DNA of 64,000 bases. Origin: Nibricoccus sp. GTDB taxonomy: Bacteria; Verrucomicrobiota; Verrucomicrobiia; Opitutales; Opitutaceae. Every line of letters starts with the position of its first letter. The stretch's first letter is position 1. The position numbers and the translations under genes were made by a program. Location: positions 1,024,001 through 1,088,000 of the forward strand of contig JASGHG010000001.1 in NCBI GenBank assembly GCA_047602425.1, written 5' to 3'. Positions 28,963 to 39,130 of this stretch are shown here, piece by piece. Under the pieces are notes generated by a model. The model had not been told where the DNA came from, searched no databases, and worked only from the letters and a program-made list of their open reading frames with translations.

Positions 28963-31080
28963 ATGAAGAATTCATTTCTATTTAGAACCAGAACAGCCGG
29001 CACAGCCCTACTCTGCGCCGCCACAATGCAGGCAAACGACAACCTGTCGCCGCCTCCAAAAGATCCACCGGCCACGGCCTACGCATCCTCTCCGCGCGAT
29101 TCCGAATACGTCGAGAAATTAGACACCGTCATCGTCACCGGCACAGTCGACCGCAAAACCACCTTCGATCTCGCGCAAGGCGCATCCCTGCTGTCGGGTC
29201 GCGCGTTGAAACTGCAAGTCCAGCCTTCTCTGGGCGAAACCCTCGCGAATACGCCGGGTGTCAATTCCACTTATTACGGTCCGGGGTCGAGCCGTCCGAT
29301 CATCCGAGGCCTGGGCGGAGACCGCGTTCGCATGCTGCAAGACAGCGTGGGCTCACTCGATCTTTCGAACATCAGTCCTGATCACAACGTCAGCATCGAG
29401 CCCTTGCTCGTCGATCGGATAGAGGTGCTGCGGGGACCGGCAACCTTGCTCTACGGCAGCTCGGCGGTAGGCGGAGTGGTCAATGTCATCGACAACCGCA
29501 TCCCCACTGAGGTGCGGACAAAAACCATCGGCGGTCGCGCGGAAGCCCGTCTCGACACGGCGGCCAAGGAACGCACGGGCATCGTCGCGCTTTCTGGCGG
29601 TAGTTCGACGTTCGGTTTTCAAATCGATGGCCAGCGCACCGTCACCGACGAGGTGAGAATTCCCGGCTTCGCCCAAAAAGGACCCGATGCGCCTGAGAAC
29701 CAGCCAGAAGGCCGGCTGCCAAGCAGCGCGGTTTCCACAAAAACGGCTTCGGTTGGCGGCACCGCTTTCGTCAAAACCGGCTTCCTCGGACTGGCCGCCA
29801 GCGAGTACGATACGACGTATGGCGTTCCGACCGGCGACGACCCGCCCACCAGCATCGATATGCGCCAGCAACGCCTCGACCTGCGGGGCGTCCTGACGCG
29901 CGGCTTTGGGCCTTTCAAGGAACTCCGTGTTCGGGGCGGTTACGGCAACTATACACACCGCGAACTCAGTGGTGGCGAAACGGTGAATACCACTTTCCGC
30001 AACAAAGCCACAGAAGGAAGAATCGAACTGGTTCAGGAAACAAAAGACAGACTGGCGGGCACAATCGGGCTCCAGGCTTCGCGCGCGGATTTCTCGGCTA
30101 GTGGCGAGGAAGTGGTCACACCCGCGACCCTGACCAATGCCGCCGCGCTCTTCGCGCTCGAAGAATATAAACTTGAGCGTGTCACCTTCCAGGTAGGCAG
30201 CCGCTACGAATGGCAAAAAATCAAGCTCGGCGAAGTCCACGAGGATTTACCGGAGTTTACTGGTTATAACGCGCAATCCGGCGAACAGCGTACCGTCCGC
30301 GGCTTCAGTCTCTCAACCGGCGCCGTTTTTTATCCGCTGAAAGACTACTCGGTCGGCCTCTCTGTCGCCTCATCCCAACGGCTGCCCGTGGCCCAGGAGC
30401 TCTACTCGAACGGTCCGCATGGCGGCACTGCTGCGTACGAGGTAGGCAACTCCACGCTCGGAAAGGAAAAATCCCTCGGGTTCGATCTCACACTGCGTCG
30501 CCGCGCGAGTCGCGTGACAGGGTCAGTGGGACTCTTCATGAATAAATTCACCCACTACATCTTCGAACAGGAGCTACCCGAGGATTTGAAACCCGCGACA
30601 AATAATCCCGACGATTTGACGCCCTACCAGTTTGTTTCCACCAATGCCTTGTTCTACGGCGGCGAAGCCGAATTGGAGTTTCACTTGATTGACGAAAACG
30701 AGCGCAGCCTCCACCTCGAGCTAAGCAGCGATTATGTACATGCCGAACAAACAGCCACCAACCAACCGCTACCTCGCATCCCGCCCATGCGCACAGGCGC
30801 GGAATTGCGCTTTGAACAACACGGCTGGGCATTCGGAGCGAGCTGCAAATATGTGTTTCGTCAAAATCGCTGCTCAAAGTACGAAACAGCAACGGCAGGA
30901 TATTGTCTATTGGGCCTCGATGCCGGTTATGAATTCGAGCTCGACGGTTTCAAATACGACATATTCCTCCGCGGCTCCAATCTCACCAACCGTGAGGCAC
31001 GCGTGCATACCTCTTTCCTGAAAGACTACGCTCCCCTGCCTGCCCGAAATTTAACATTGGGGATTCGAGCGAGTTTTTGA
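28963..31080 (+). CDS. TonB-dependent receptor, ZnuD-like (metal uptake)
   Basis: TonB box LDTVIVTG; LGETLANTPGV...SRPIIRG; IEVLRGPATLLYGS; YTHRE, NGPHGGT; C-terminal Phe. Confidence 0.9.
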   Translation: MKNSFLFRTRTAGTALLCAATMQANDNLSPPPKDPPATAYASSPRDSEYVEKLDTVIVTGTVDRKTTFDLAQGASLLSGRALKLQVQPSLGETLANTPGVNSTYYGPGSSRPIIRGLGGDRVRMLQDSVGSLDLSNISPDHNVSIEPLLVDRIEVLRGPATLLYGSSAVGGVVNVIDNRIPTEVRTKTIGGRAEARLDTAAKERTGIVALSGGSSTFGFQIDGQRTVTDEVRIPGFAQKGPDAPENQPEGRLPSSAVSTKTASVGGTAFVKTGFLGLAASEYDTTYGVPTGDDPPTSIDMRQQRLDLRGVLTRGFGPFKELRVRGGYGNYTHRELSGGETVNTTFRNKATEGRIELVQETKDRLAGTIGLQASRADFSASGEEVVTPATLTNAAALFALEEYKLERVTFQVGSRYEWQKIKLGEVHEDLPEFTGYNAQSGEQRTVRGFSLSTGAVFYPLKDYSVGLSVASSQRLPVAQELYSNGPHGGTAAYEVGNSTLGKEKSLGFDLTLRRRASRVTGSVGLFMNKFTHYIFEQELPEDLKPATNNPDDLTPYQFVSTNALFYGGEAELEFHLIDENERSLHLELSSDYVHAEQTATNQPLPRIPPMRTGAELRFEQHGWAFGASCKYVFRQNRCSKYETATAGYCLLGLDAGYEFELDGFKYDIFLRGSNLTNREARVHTSFLKDYAPLPARNLTLGIRASF

Positions 31081-31216
31081 TCATCCTCATAGGCCGAACC
31101 AATGACCTCGGATGGCGATGGGCTTTGCATCGACTTATGACCATACCGCGTCGGCTCCTGCTGTCGTCGTGAAGCCCAAAACCAAGCGACCACCGATTTG
31201 CCGTTGGCCAGGGGAT

Positions 31217-31740
31217 ATCGGTGGTCGCGAGGAGCAAATTGCTGATCAAAGTGGAAAGGCCGACACTTCGAGTGCGAACGCCGACGCTTTGAGTGTCGAC
31301 GTCCACGCTTTTAGTGTCGGCGTCGAAGGTTTGAGTGACAACGTCGGCACTCTGATCGCCCTCTCTGGCCGTTGGAGCACCGGCGTCGGCACTTCAAGGG
31401 TCAACGACGTCACTTGGAGTAGCGACCTCGCTGCTCCAATCAGCAATCGTTCCACTACAAGCGCCGTGTTTCCTGTTCAAAGCGTCGACGCCGACACTTT
31501 AAACGAGAAATTTCTCGCTCAGAGTTGCGACGTCCGCATTCCAAGTGGATCCTCGGCAGAGAGACTGTCGGGTTCGGGAGAAAAAGTACCGAAATCGCCA
31601 CCCTAAACATCGAGTTCAACGGAAAAAGTGTCGGTGGCGCGATTTTCAGCGTCGGACTCCGCAATCGACAGGTCGATTTCACGGAGTAAAGAGCCATCGC
31701 CGCCGTTGGAAGTGTCGGCGTCGATGGAAAGCGCCGCAAG
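31217..31740. repeat. Degenerate tandem array of about 25 21-bp units, consensus near GYCGRCACT-NNN-AGTGTCGRC
   Basis: GCCGACACTTCGAGTGCGAAC (31259), GCCGACGCTTTGAGTGTCGAC (31280), GTCCACGCTTTTAGTGTCGGC (31301), GCCGCCGTTGGAAGTGTCGGC (31699); one 1-nt register shift near 31551. Confidence 0.75.
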
Positions 31741-31800
31741 CCAAGCCTCCATCTTTCTGAGGCGTTTGGTTCGGCAAGTCCGGGGAGCTGGGCGTCGCTC

Positions 31801-32748
31801 CTATGCGGACGGCCTGTTATTTTTCGCCGTCAGCTTCTTCAACTGCGCATACAGCGCTTCCAGCTTCGGCACGGCGGCGCCGGCGGCTTTGGCGCGGCGC
31901 AATGGTTCGCCCCAGATCGACTCCACTTCGACTTCGCGGCCGTCGAGATAATCGATCAGGCTCGACGGACGGTATGGCCCCATCGGGCGCGTGGCGGAGA
32001 TTTGTTTTTCGACGAACGAGACCGGAATCGTGTAACCCAGTTTCGCTGCGGCCTCGATCACTTCGGTCATCAAGGCACGCACTTCGTTTTCGAGTTCGGG
32101 CTGCGCGAGAATTTTGTCCGTCGTGATGCCGCCCGCCGCGATGGCGAGGCCGTTGAAGGGCACATTCCACACAAGTTTTTTCCATCGCAGTTCGGCGAGG
32201 TTGTCGCCCGAGGAGCATTTCACGCCCGCGCGTTCGAACATCGCCTGGACGGCGCGCAAGCGATCGCCGATCGGCCGGCCGAATTCTCCAAACGCGACCG
32301 CGCCTGGTTCGATGCAAAGAATTTCGCCCGGCGCGGTTCGGTTCACGCAAATAAAACAGAGTCCGCCCAGCACACGCTCCGCACCAAAAAGCGCCGCGAG
32401 TTGCTCGTCGCTGCCGAGACCGTTTTGCAGTGTCAGAATCGCCGTGTCCGCCTTGAGCAGCGGTCGTATCAGGCTCTCGAATACGCCGTTCGCGGTCGTC
32501 TTCAGCGCGATGACGACGAGGTCGCACGGGCCAATTTCCCCCGAATAACCGTGCACTTGCGGCGAGTTGACGACGATCTCCTGGCCTTTGGGCAATTGCA
32601 CGCGGAGTCGTCCGTTCTTGCGCACGGCTTCCAAGTCGTTGCGCATCAGGAAATGGACATTTTCGTCCGCGGCGGCGAGTCGCGCTCCGTAGTAGCAGCC
32701 GATGGCGCCCGGACCGACAATGGCGATTTTTGGCTTGGTAAAAGTCAT
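31801..32748 (-). CDS. panE: 2-dehydropantoate 2-reductase
   Basis: GPGAIGCYYG, LQNGLG, WKKLVWNVPFN, YRPSSLID, EVESI. Confidence 0.92.
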   Translation of the reverse strand: MTFTKPKIAIVGPGAIGCYYGARLAAADENVHFLMRNDLEAVRKNGRLRVQLPKGQEIVVNSPQVHGYSGEIGPCDLVVIALKTTANGVFESLIRPLLKADTAILTLQNGLGSDEQLAALFGAERVLGGLCFICVNRTAPGEILCIEPGAVAFGEFGRPIGDRLRAVQAMFERAGVKCSSGDNLAELRWKKLVWNVPFNGLAIAAGGITTDKILAQPELENEVRALMTEVIEAAAKLGYTIPVSFVEKQISATRPMGPYRPSSLIDYLDGREVEVESIWGEPLRRAKAAGAAVPKLEALYAQLKKLTAKNNRPSA

Positions 32749-32969
32749 GGATGAATCGAAGCTTCCCGAGGCGTACCGAGGGAAAAAGGGGCTGATATTC
32801 ACAGGTGGAAATCACCTGACTGTCACATTCATTTTAATGCTAATTTTTTGCTAATACACACTTCTCGCCGGTTCCCAGCATCTTGCGTCTTTACATGTTA
32901 TCCCTTGCGCAAAGTTAGAGGATCTTAAGGCGAAGTAGCTCACAACTTGTTCACTTACCCCCTCGTGGC

Positions 32970-34583
32970 TCAGCGGTTGGCCGCCGCCCGGCGCACCGAC
33001 GAATCCCGGGGAGAACGCAATTTTTTCGGGAAATCCGCGATGGCATGAAGGCCCCGGCTCTCTTTTCGTTGCAGCGCGCAAGTCACGACGAGCTCGGCAA
33101 TTTGAATCAGATTGCGCAGCTCAAGCAGGTGCGGATCCACCGAAAAATTCCAATAGTAGTCGTGAATTTCCTTGGTGAGATTCGCGATGCGCGTGCGGGC
33201 GCGTTCAAGGCGTTTCGTCGTGCGCATGATACTGACGTAATCCCACATCGTGCGCCGAAGTTCGTCCCAGTTGTGGGTGACGACCACGCGTTCGTCGACA
33301 TCGCCGCCGCCGAGATCGACCCAATGCGGTATTTTGATTTCGGATACGCTCTTGGCCGACTTGAGAAAGGCGTCAACCGACTCCGCGCCGCGATGCGCCA
33401 TGACCACCGCTTCGAGCAGCGAGTTGCTCGCCAGGCGGTTCGCGCCGTGCAAGCCTGTGCAGGCAACCTCGCCGCAGGCATACAGACCGGGCAGGCTTGT
33501 CTCTGCCGAGAGGTTGGTCGCGACGCCGCCACAGGTGTAATGCGCGGCCGGCACCACGGGAATCATGTCCTTCGCGATGTTGATATCGAGTTTGCGGCAG
33601 GCTTCGTAGATCTGGGGAAAACGCTCACGCAGAAACGCCTCGTTGCGATGCGTGATATCGAGCCAGACGTGCGGCGAACCGGATTTTTTCATCTCGGTGT
33701 CGATGGCACGAGCCACGATGTCGCGCGGCGCCAGGTCGGCCAGCTCGTGATAGCCGCGCATGAAGGCTTCGCCGGCAGCGTTCCGCAAAATCGCACCTTC
33801 GCCGCGTACGGCTTCGCTGATGAGGAAACGTTCGCCTTTCAGCGAATACAGCGCGGTCGGGTGAAACTGAATAAATTCCATGTTTCGCACCTCGACGCCC
33901 GCGCGGTACGCCATCGCAATGCCGTCACCGGTCGCAATACCTGGATTCGTCGTATAAAGATAAACCTGGCCGGCCCCGCCGGTGGAAAGCATCACGACTG
34001 GCGCATGAAACGTCACCACGCGTTTGTCGCGCACATCGAGCGCGTAGAGACCGACAATGCGGTTCGTGCCGCTGGGGCGTTTGCGATGCGCGAGCTTGTC
34101 GGTCGTGATCACGTCGATCGCAAAAAAATGTTCGAACAACGCGATGCGCGGTTCCTGCGACACGGCCCGCAAGAGCGCCTCCTCAATCGCTTTTCCCGTC
34201 ATATCCTTGACGTGGAGAATGCGGCGTTTGCTGTGGCCGCCTTCACGCCCGAGATCGTAGGCGCCGGACTGCGTGCGGGAAAATTTCAGGCCGATATCGA
34301 CCAGTTCCTTCACCCGCTCCGGACCGTCGCGCACGATTTCGCGAACAACCTTTTCGTTGCAAAGTCCGTCGCCCGCGACGAGCGTATCCCGCACATGGGA
34401 GGGAAAATCGTCGGTCTTCGAGGTCACGACGGCAATTCCTCCTTGCGCATAGTTCGTGTTCGACTCAGCGCGGGTCTTTTTGGTGAGGATCGCGACCGTG
34501 TGGCCCTGCTGCGCGACTTTCAGCGCGAAGCTCAGGCCCGCGATGCCGCTGCCGATGACGAGAACGTCGAAGGTACGTGTCAT
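32970..34583 (-). CDS. nadB: L-aspartate oxidase
   Basis: GSGIAGL, YAQGGIA, EGGHSKRRILH, QFHPT, SEAVRGEG, LHGANRLASNSLLE. Confidence 0.96.
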   Translation of the reverse strand: MTRTFDVLVIGSGIAGLSFALKVAQQGHTVAILTKKTRAESNTNYAQGGIAVVTSKTDDFPSHVRDTLVAGDGLCNEKVVREIVRDGPERVKELVDIGLKFSRTQSGAYDLGREGGHSKRRILHVKDMTGKAIEEALLRAVSQEPRIALFEHFFAIDVITTDKLAHRKRPSGTNRIVGLYALDVRDKRVVTFHAPVVMLSTGGAGQVYLYTTNPGIATGDGIAMAYRAGVEVRNMEFIQFHPTALYSLKGERFLISEAVRGEGAILRNAAGEAFMRGYHELADLAPRDIVARAIDTEMKKSGSPHVWLDITHRNEAFLRERFPQIYEACRKLDINIAKDMIPVVPAAHYTCGGVATNLSAETSLPGLYACGEVACTGLHGANRLASNSLLEAVVMAHRGAESVDAFLKSAKSVSEIKIPHWVDLGGGDVDERVVVTHNWDELRRTMWDYVSIMRTTKRLERARTRIANLTKEIHDYYWNFSVDPHLLELRNLIQIAELVVTCALQRKESRGLHAIADFPKKLRSPRDSSVRRAAANR

Positions 34584-34630
34584 GGGAAAATCGATACGTT
34601 GAGCCCGCTGGTCGTAAAAAGCGACGCTGC

Positions 34631-35473
34631 TCAGAGCATCATATTATCGATCAGTCGCACTTCGTCGACCCAGGCCGCGATGGCGATCAACGACACACCG
34701 GGCACGACATCGCGCATGGCTTCCATGGTGTTGCGATTCACGACGGCGATGTAAATGATGCGGACGCGACGTTTCTGACCGAGGATGTGCGTCGCCTCGG
34801 CGATGAGGCGGTCGGAGCGCAGTTCGCCCTTTTCGACCATGCCCTTGGCATAACGGAGCGCCTCGCTGATCGCGAGCGCCTCTGACCTCTGGTTGTTGGT
34901 TAGGTAACGGTTGCGGGAACTCTTCGCGAGTCCGTCCTCGTCGCGGATCGTCGGCGCCACCACAATGTCGACGGAGAACTGGAGGTCCTGCACCATCTTG
35001 CGGATGACTGCGACCTGCTGCGCATCCTTCTGGCCGAAGACGGCGAGGTCGGGACGAACAATATTAAAGAGTAGCGCCACGACGGTCGTCACACCGCGGA
35101 AATGCGCCGGCCGCGAAACCCCTTCGAGCGGTTTGCCGACGAACTCCTCGGTGATATAGGTCGAGTAACCCTTCGGATAAATTTCATCCACTGGTGGCGC
35201 AAAAACGATATCGGCCCCGGCCTCTTCGCAACGTTTCAAGTCCGCCTCCAACTCGCGCGGGTATTTCGCAAAATCTTCGTTGGGACCGAACTGTGTCGGA
35301 TTAACGAAGATCGACACCACCACCTTGTCGGCTTGTTCCGCCGCCTGACGAATCAGGCTCAGGTGCCCATCGTGCAAGGCGCCCATGGTGGGCACGAGGC
35401 CGATGATCTGACCTTTTGAGCGCAACTCTTCAGTGAGAGTTCGCATTTCAGTGACGGAGTTAACTTTTTGCAT
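34631..35473 (-). CDS. panC: Pantoate-beta-alanine ligase
   Basis: [40 protein letters not shown]. Confidence 0.97.
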   Translation of the reverse strand: MQKVNSVTEMRTLTEELRSKGQIIGLVPTMGALHDGHLSLIRQAAEQADKVVVSIFVNPTQFGPNEDFAKYPRELEADLKRCEEAGADIVFAPPVDEIYPKGYSTYITEEFVGKPLEGVSRPAHFRGVTTVVALLFNIVRPDLAVFGQKDAQQVAVIRKMVQDLQFSVDIVVAPTIRDEDGLAKSSRNRYLTNNQRSEALAISEALRYAKGMVEKGELRSDRLIAEATHILGQKRRVRIIYIAVVNRNTMEAMRDVVPGVSLIAIAAWVDEVRLIDNMML

Positions 35474-35585
35474 AACGAAACAGTGGCGCTTGAAAAAGAG
35501 GCTGGCGTGCCGGGGAAAATCACACCGTAGGCTTGAACTAATGCGAGTGGCCGCACTTATTCAAGTTTTTCGCCTCCGTATTACC

Positions 35586-36809
35586 ATGATTCGCATCAAC
35601 GAAAACTACACCAAGCTCAAGGCCTCCTATCTGTTCTCCGACATCGCCAAGCGAGTCACCGCGTACACGCAGGCAAATCCGCAGAAACCCGTCATTCGCC
35701 TCGGCATCGGCGATGTCACCGAACCACTTCCTCCAGTCTGCGTCGAGGCGCTACATTCCGGCGCCGATGAAATGAGCAAGCGCGCCACCTTCAAGGGCTA
35801 CGGTCCCGAACAAGGCTATGCGTTTCTCCGGGAAGCCATTGCGCAAAATGACTACCATGCCCGCGGAGCCAAAATCGATGCCGACGAAATCTTCGTCAGC
35901 GACGGCTCCAAGTGCGACTGCGGCAACATCCAGGAAATTTTCGCCAACGACGTCCGCCTCGCCATTCCCGATCCCGTGTATCCGGTTTATGTCGACACCA
36001 ACGTCATGGCCGGCCGCACGGGCGCTAATGTCGATGGTCGCTATCAAGGCATCACTTATCTCGATTCAAACGCCGGCAACGGCTATGTCCCCGCCATCCC
36101 CGGCGTCGCGACGGATCTGATTTATCTTTGTTTCCCTAATAATCCGACGGGCGCCGTCGCCACAAAGGCCCAGCTCGAAGCCTGGGTCGCCTACGCCAAG
36201 AAAAACAAGGCGATCATCCTCTTCGATTCCGCCTACGAAGCCTACATTCGCGATCCGCAAATTCCTCACAGCATCTACGAAATCGAAGGCGCGCGCGATG
36301 TCGCCATCGAGTTCCGCAGCTTCTCAAAGACCGCCGGCTTCACCGGCACCCGTTGTGCCTACACCGTGGTTCCGAAGTCGCTCGTCGCCTGGGACGCCGC
36401 CGGCAACTCCCACCCGTTGCACGCGCTCTGGAACCGTCGTCACACCACCAAATTCAATGGCGTCTCCTACCCTGTGCAAAAGGCCGCCGCCTCGATCTTC
36501 ACGCCCGAGGGCAAGAAGCAGGTCAAAGAAATGACCGACTTCTACCTCGGCAACGCCGCGCTCATTCGCGAGGCGATGAACAAGCTCGGCTTCAGCTGCG
36601 TCGGCGGCGTCAACGCCCCGTACATCTGGATCAACGTCGGCCGCGACTCGTGGGAATTCTTCGACCTGCTCCTCAACAAGGCCCAGGTCGTCTGCACGCC
36701 CGGCGCCGGCTTTGGTCGCTGTGGTGAAGGCCACGTCCGCATCAGCGCTTTCAACAGCCGCGAAAACGTCGTCACCGCCCTCGAACGTATCGCTGCCGCG
36801 CTGAAATAA
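35586..36809 (+). CDS. dapL: LL-diaminopimelate aminotransferase
   Basis: [44 protein letters not shown]. Confidence 0.96.
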   Translation: MIRINENYTKLKASYLFSDIAKRVTAYTQANPQKPVIRLGIGDVTEPLPPVCVEALHSGADEMSKRATFKGYGPEQGYAFLREAIAQNDYHARGAKIDADEIFVSDGSKCDCGNIQEIFANDVRLAIPDPVYPVYVDTNVMAGRTGANVDGRYQGITYLDSNAGNGYVPAIPGVATDLIYLCFPNNPTGAVATKAQLEAWVAYAKKNKAIILFDSAYEAYIRDPQIPHSIYEIEGARDVAIEFRSFSKTAGFTGTRCAYTVVPKSLVAWDAAGNSHPLHALWNRRHTTKFNGVSYPVQKAAASIFTPEGKKQVKEMTDFYLGNAALIREAMNKLGFSCVGGVNAPYIWINVGRDSWEFFDLLLNKAQVVCTPGAGFGRCGEGHVRISAFNSRENVVTALERIAAALK

Positions 36810-36830
36810 GCTCCGGCCGGGCGTCTTCAC

Positions 36831-37058
36831 ATGATCAAACGAATCCTTGGCCTTGTCCTCATTTTTGCCGGTGTCTGGCTGTTCGCTGCAGGCTGGTCGC
36901 GCAAGGACTCGCTCATGGGATCGCTCGCTGAAACCGGCACGAGCATCGCCAACAAGTTCGATGGCGGTGCCCGTACGCCGAAGCACATGATCTATCTGGG
37001 CGGTGGCGTGCTGGTGGCGGTCAGCGGTGCCATCCTCGTCTTTTCGCGACAAAATTGA
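36831..37058 (+). CDS. Small two-TM membrane protein, DUF3185-like
   Basis: 75 aa, two hydrophobic helices. Confidence 0.7.
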   Translation: MIKRILGLVLIFAGVWLFAAGWSRKDSLMGSLAETGTSIANKFDGGARTPKHMIYLGGGVLVAVSGAILVFSRQN

Positions 37059-37169
37059 TTTCCATCTCGCGGAGGGTTTCGGCTCCGGACGCTCAGCAGC
37101 CACCGGGTCTGACACCCGGCGGCTGCCCACAACCCGATCAAATACGACTTCAGTAAAACCAGCTCGTTT

Positions 37170-38813
37170 TTAGGGCCGGTATATTTCGTACACTGCACCA
37201 GCGGAACTGGAGACAACGAAGAGATTGCCATTGGGGCCGGTCTGGATGTCGGTGCCGACCCCAAAGCCAGAACCAAACATCAGCGATTCGCTCTCGGTTG
37301 CGTTGAACTTTGCCGTGTTGTCCGCCACGAGATCGGCCAGCCGGGGATCCGTCCACGCCAGACGCTGGCGATTTTCCGTGAGTTTAAAGCGGAAGAGATA
37401 GCCGGCCGCGAGCACCGGAGTCGAAGCGCCGACAAAGAGATCGCCTTCATAAGCAGAGCCGAGCGATCTGTCGGTCATGAAGCCGATCGCCGCCGGAGCC
37501 GTGGCGTATTTCCAGCTGAACTGCGGATCGCCGTAATGCGAACCAGGGATGTCGACCATTCTCGAACGAGCGACAATCGGAGAATCCGCGATGTTCGCGG
37601 GCGGCCAGCGAAGTTGTTGAAGCGCGCCGGGCGGTGTTGGGAAAGTTGTCTCGATCGCCTTGAAATCGGTCACGCGCATCAACGGCCCCATCGCCTGAAT
37701 CCAGCCGCCGTTGTGGCCGGGCTCGATGCGATTGATCTCGTCGAAGGAGTCGTCGCCATTTTCCGATTCCCAGAGTTCTCCCGTTTTGGGATCCACCGCG
37801 AGGCCGAAGCTGTTGCGCACGCCATAGGCGAAAATGCGTTGGAAGTTCGCGCCTTCCTCGCCGCCGACGGTCGCACCGTATTCAAAAAATGGATTGTCGC
37901 GCGGCGTCGATCCGTCGTCGTTGAGCCGAAGAACCACGCCCGTCAAATGGGCATTATCCGGTTCTGGTCCGCCAAACTGGTCGTCCGGCACGCCTGGGCC
38001 GTTTGCCCCTTGTAACAGGTTTTGCAACATGCCCCGCCGGCCGTTGTCGCCGATGATCACAAAAAGTTTCTCACGCCGATCCTTTCGCCACCACCAGCTC
38101 CGGCTATGATCGTCGGTGGTTTCAAAACGAATCAGGCCTCCGTTGTGATTACCCCGCAGCGGTTGACCCGGGTCGGCCTGATAAGCGTGCAGCATGATGA
38201 TGTTGCGGTCGAAACGAAGTTTCTGCGCCCGGCGATCCCAGACGAAGCGGTCGACACGGTTGCCAAAAGGTTGGGGCGTACCAGGTGGATAGGGAGAGTT
38301 TGGATTTCCCACCTCGGCCAGTACGTTGCTGTCCATGCCCGTGCTGCTTTCGGTCCAATAGAGATAAACCCATTTGTTGCGCTCAAAATCCGGATGCAAC
38401 GCGAGACCGAGCAAACCGCGTTCCGACGCAAAGTTAACCGGAAGATCGAGCACCGTGGCGACAACCACGCCGTTGACCACACGCTTCACCTGACCGGTTG
38501 ATTTCTCGGTCACGAAAAAGTCGTTGGCCTTGAGAAAGCCCATATTGATTGGCTGCGTCAGCCCGCTTACAACCGTGCGCACCGCAAGTTTGGGATCGGT
38601 AACTGTGGGCTGCGAGTGAACGTGAAGGGGAACCGCTGCCAGCAAAAGCCCGGTTAGAATCGATAAAATCCGCCCACGCCTTATGCGTTTTCTTGAGTGA
38701 TCTTCACTTCCGGAAATGCCACTGAAAGAAGAATCGAAGTTTGAAAACGTCGGAGTGCCATGAAAGGCGCCAACGTGAGAGGCACGCGGTATATAAAACT
38801 TTTCCGGATTCAT
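37170..38813 (-). CDS. PQQ-dependent sugar dehydrogenase (GSDH/YliI family); start uncertain
   Basis: ERGLLGLALHPDF, NHNGG, LRLNDDGSTPRDNPF, YGVRNSFG, ENG...DEIN. Confidence 0.88.
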   Translation of the reverse strand: MNPEKFYIPRASHVGAFHGTPTFSNFDSSFSGISGSEDHSRKRIRRGRILSILTGLLLAAVPLHVHSQPTVTDPKLAVRTVVSGLTQPINMGFLKANDFFVTEKSTGQVKRVVNGVVVATVLDLPVNFASERGLLGLALHPDFERNKWVYLYWTESSTGMDSNVLAEVGNPNSPYPPGTPQPFGNRVDRFVWDRRAQKLRFDRNIIMLHAYQADPGQPLRGNHNGGLIRFETTDDHSRSWWWRKDRREKLFVIIGDNGRRGMLQNLLQGANGPGVPDDQFGGPEPDNAHLTGVVLRLNDDGSTPRDNPFFEYGATVGGEEGANFQRIFAYGVRNSFGLAVDPKTGELWESENGDDSFDEINRIEPGHNGGWIQAMGPLMRVTDFKAIETTFPTPPGALQQLRWPPANIADSPIVARSRMVDIPGSHYGDPQFSWKYATAPAAIGFMTDRSLGSAYEGDLFVGASTPVLAAGYLFRFKLTENRQRLAWTDPRLADLVADNTAKFNATESESLMFGSGFGVGTDIQTGPNGNLFVVSSSAGAVYEIYRP

Positions 38814-39068
38814 AAGCTACAGGGATTGAGGGTTACCTTCCATGAAGCCGGAATCTGCAATCTCCCGTATGACTGACTCCCTTGTCCGCAAACGATTCGA
38901 AAATAGTAACAGTTCTGTTAGGAAATCGAGGCAAAGGCCTACCTACGCGCGGCTCGGAAAAACCGTGGACACAATCCCTCTGCTGCGCGCGCTGCTTTGG
39001 CGCAGTCAACTGATTCGGGAATCGTCTTGGAGTCTGACGAAAACCGCCAGATTTCTCACTAATCTTGC

Positions 39069-39100
39069 AAGTCGCACCCGGTTAACCCGGGGTGCGACTT
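39069..39100 (-). terminator. Strong hairpin downstream of cysN (no clear U-tract)
   Basis: AAGTCGCACC / GGTGCGACTT perfect 10-bp outer stem. Confidence 0.45.
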
Positions 39101-39130
39101 CAAACGATATAATCGCCTAAAGCTTTTCCC

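Noticed and set aside
31112..31606. 164-aa ORF as a real gene
   Set aside because: It is largely a translation of the palindromic array; similar ORFs appear on the other strand and the register breaks near 31551.
31217..31740. CRISPR or TIGR-type guide array
   Set aside because: No identical repeats alternating with unique spacers, the period is 21 bp, and no cas or other effector gene is nearby. Kept only as an unexplained array.
32817..32825. TGACTGTCA upstream of panE matching the ara palindrome
   Set aside because: Only 8 informative bases; about one chance hit is expected in 64 kb.
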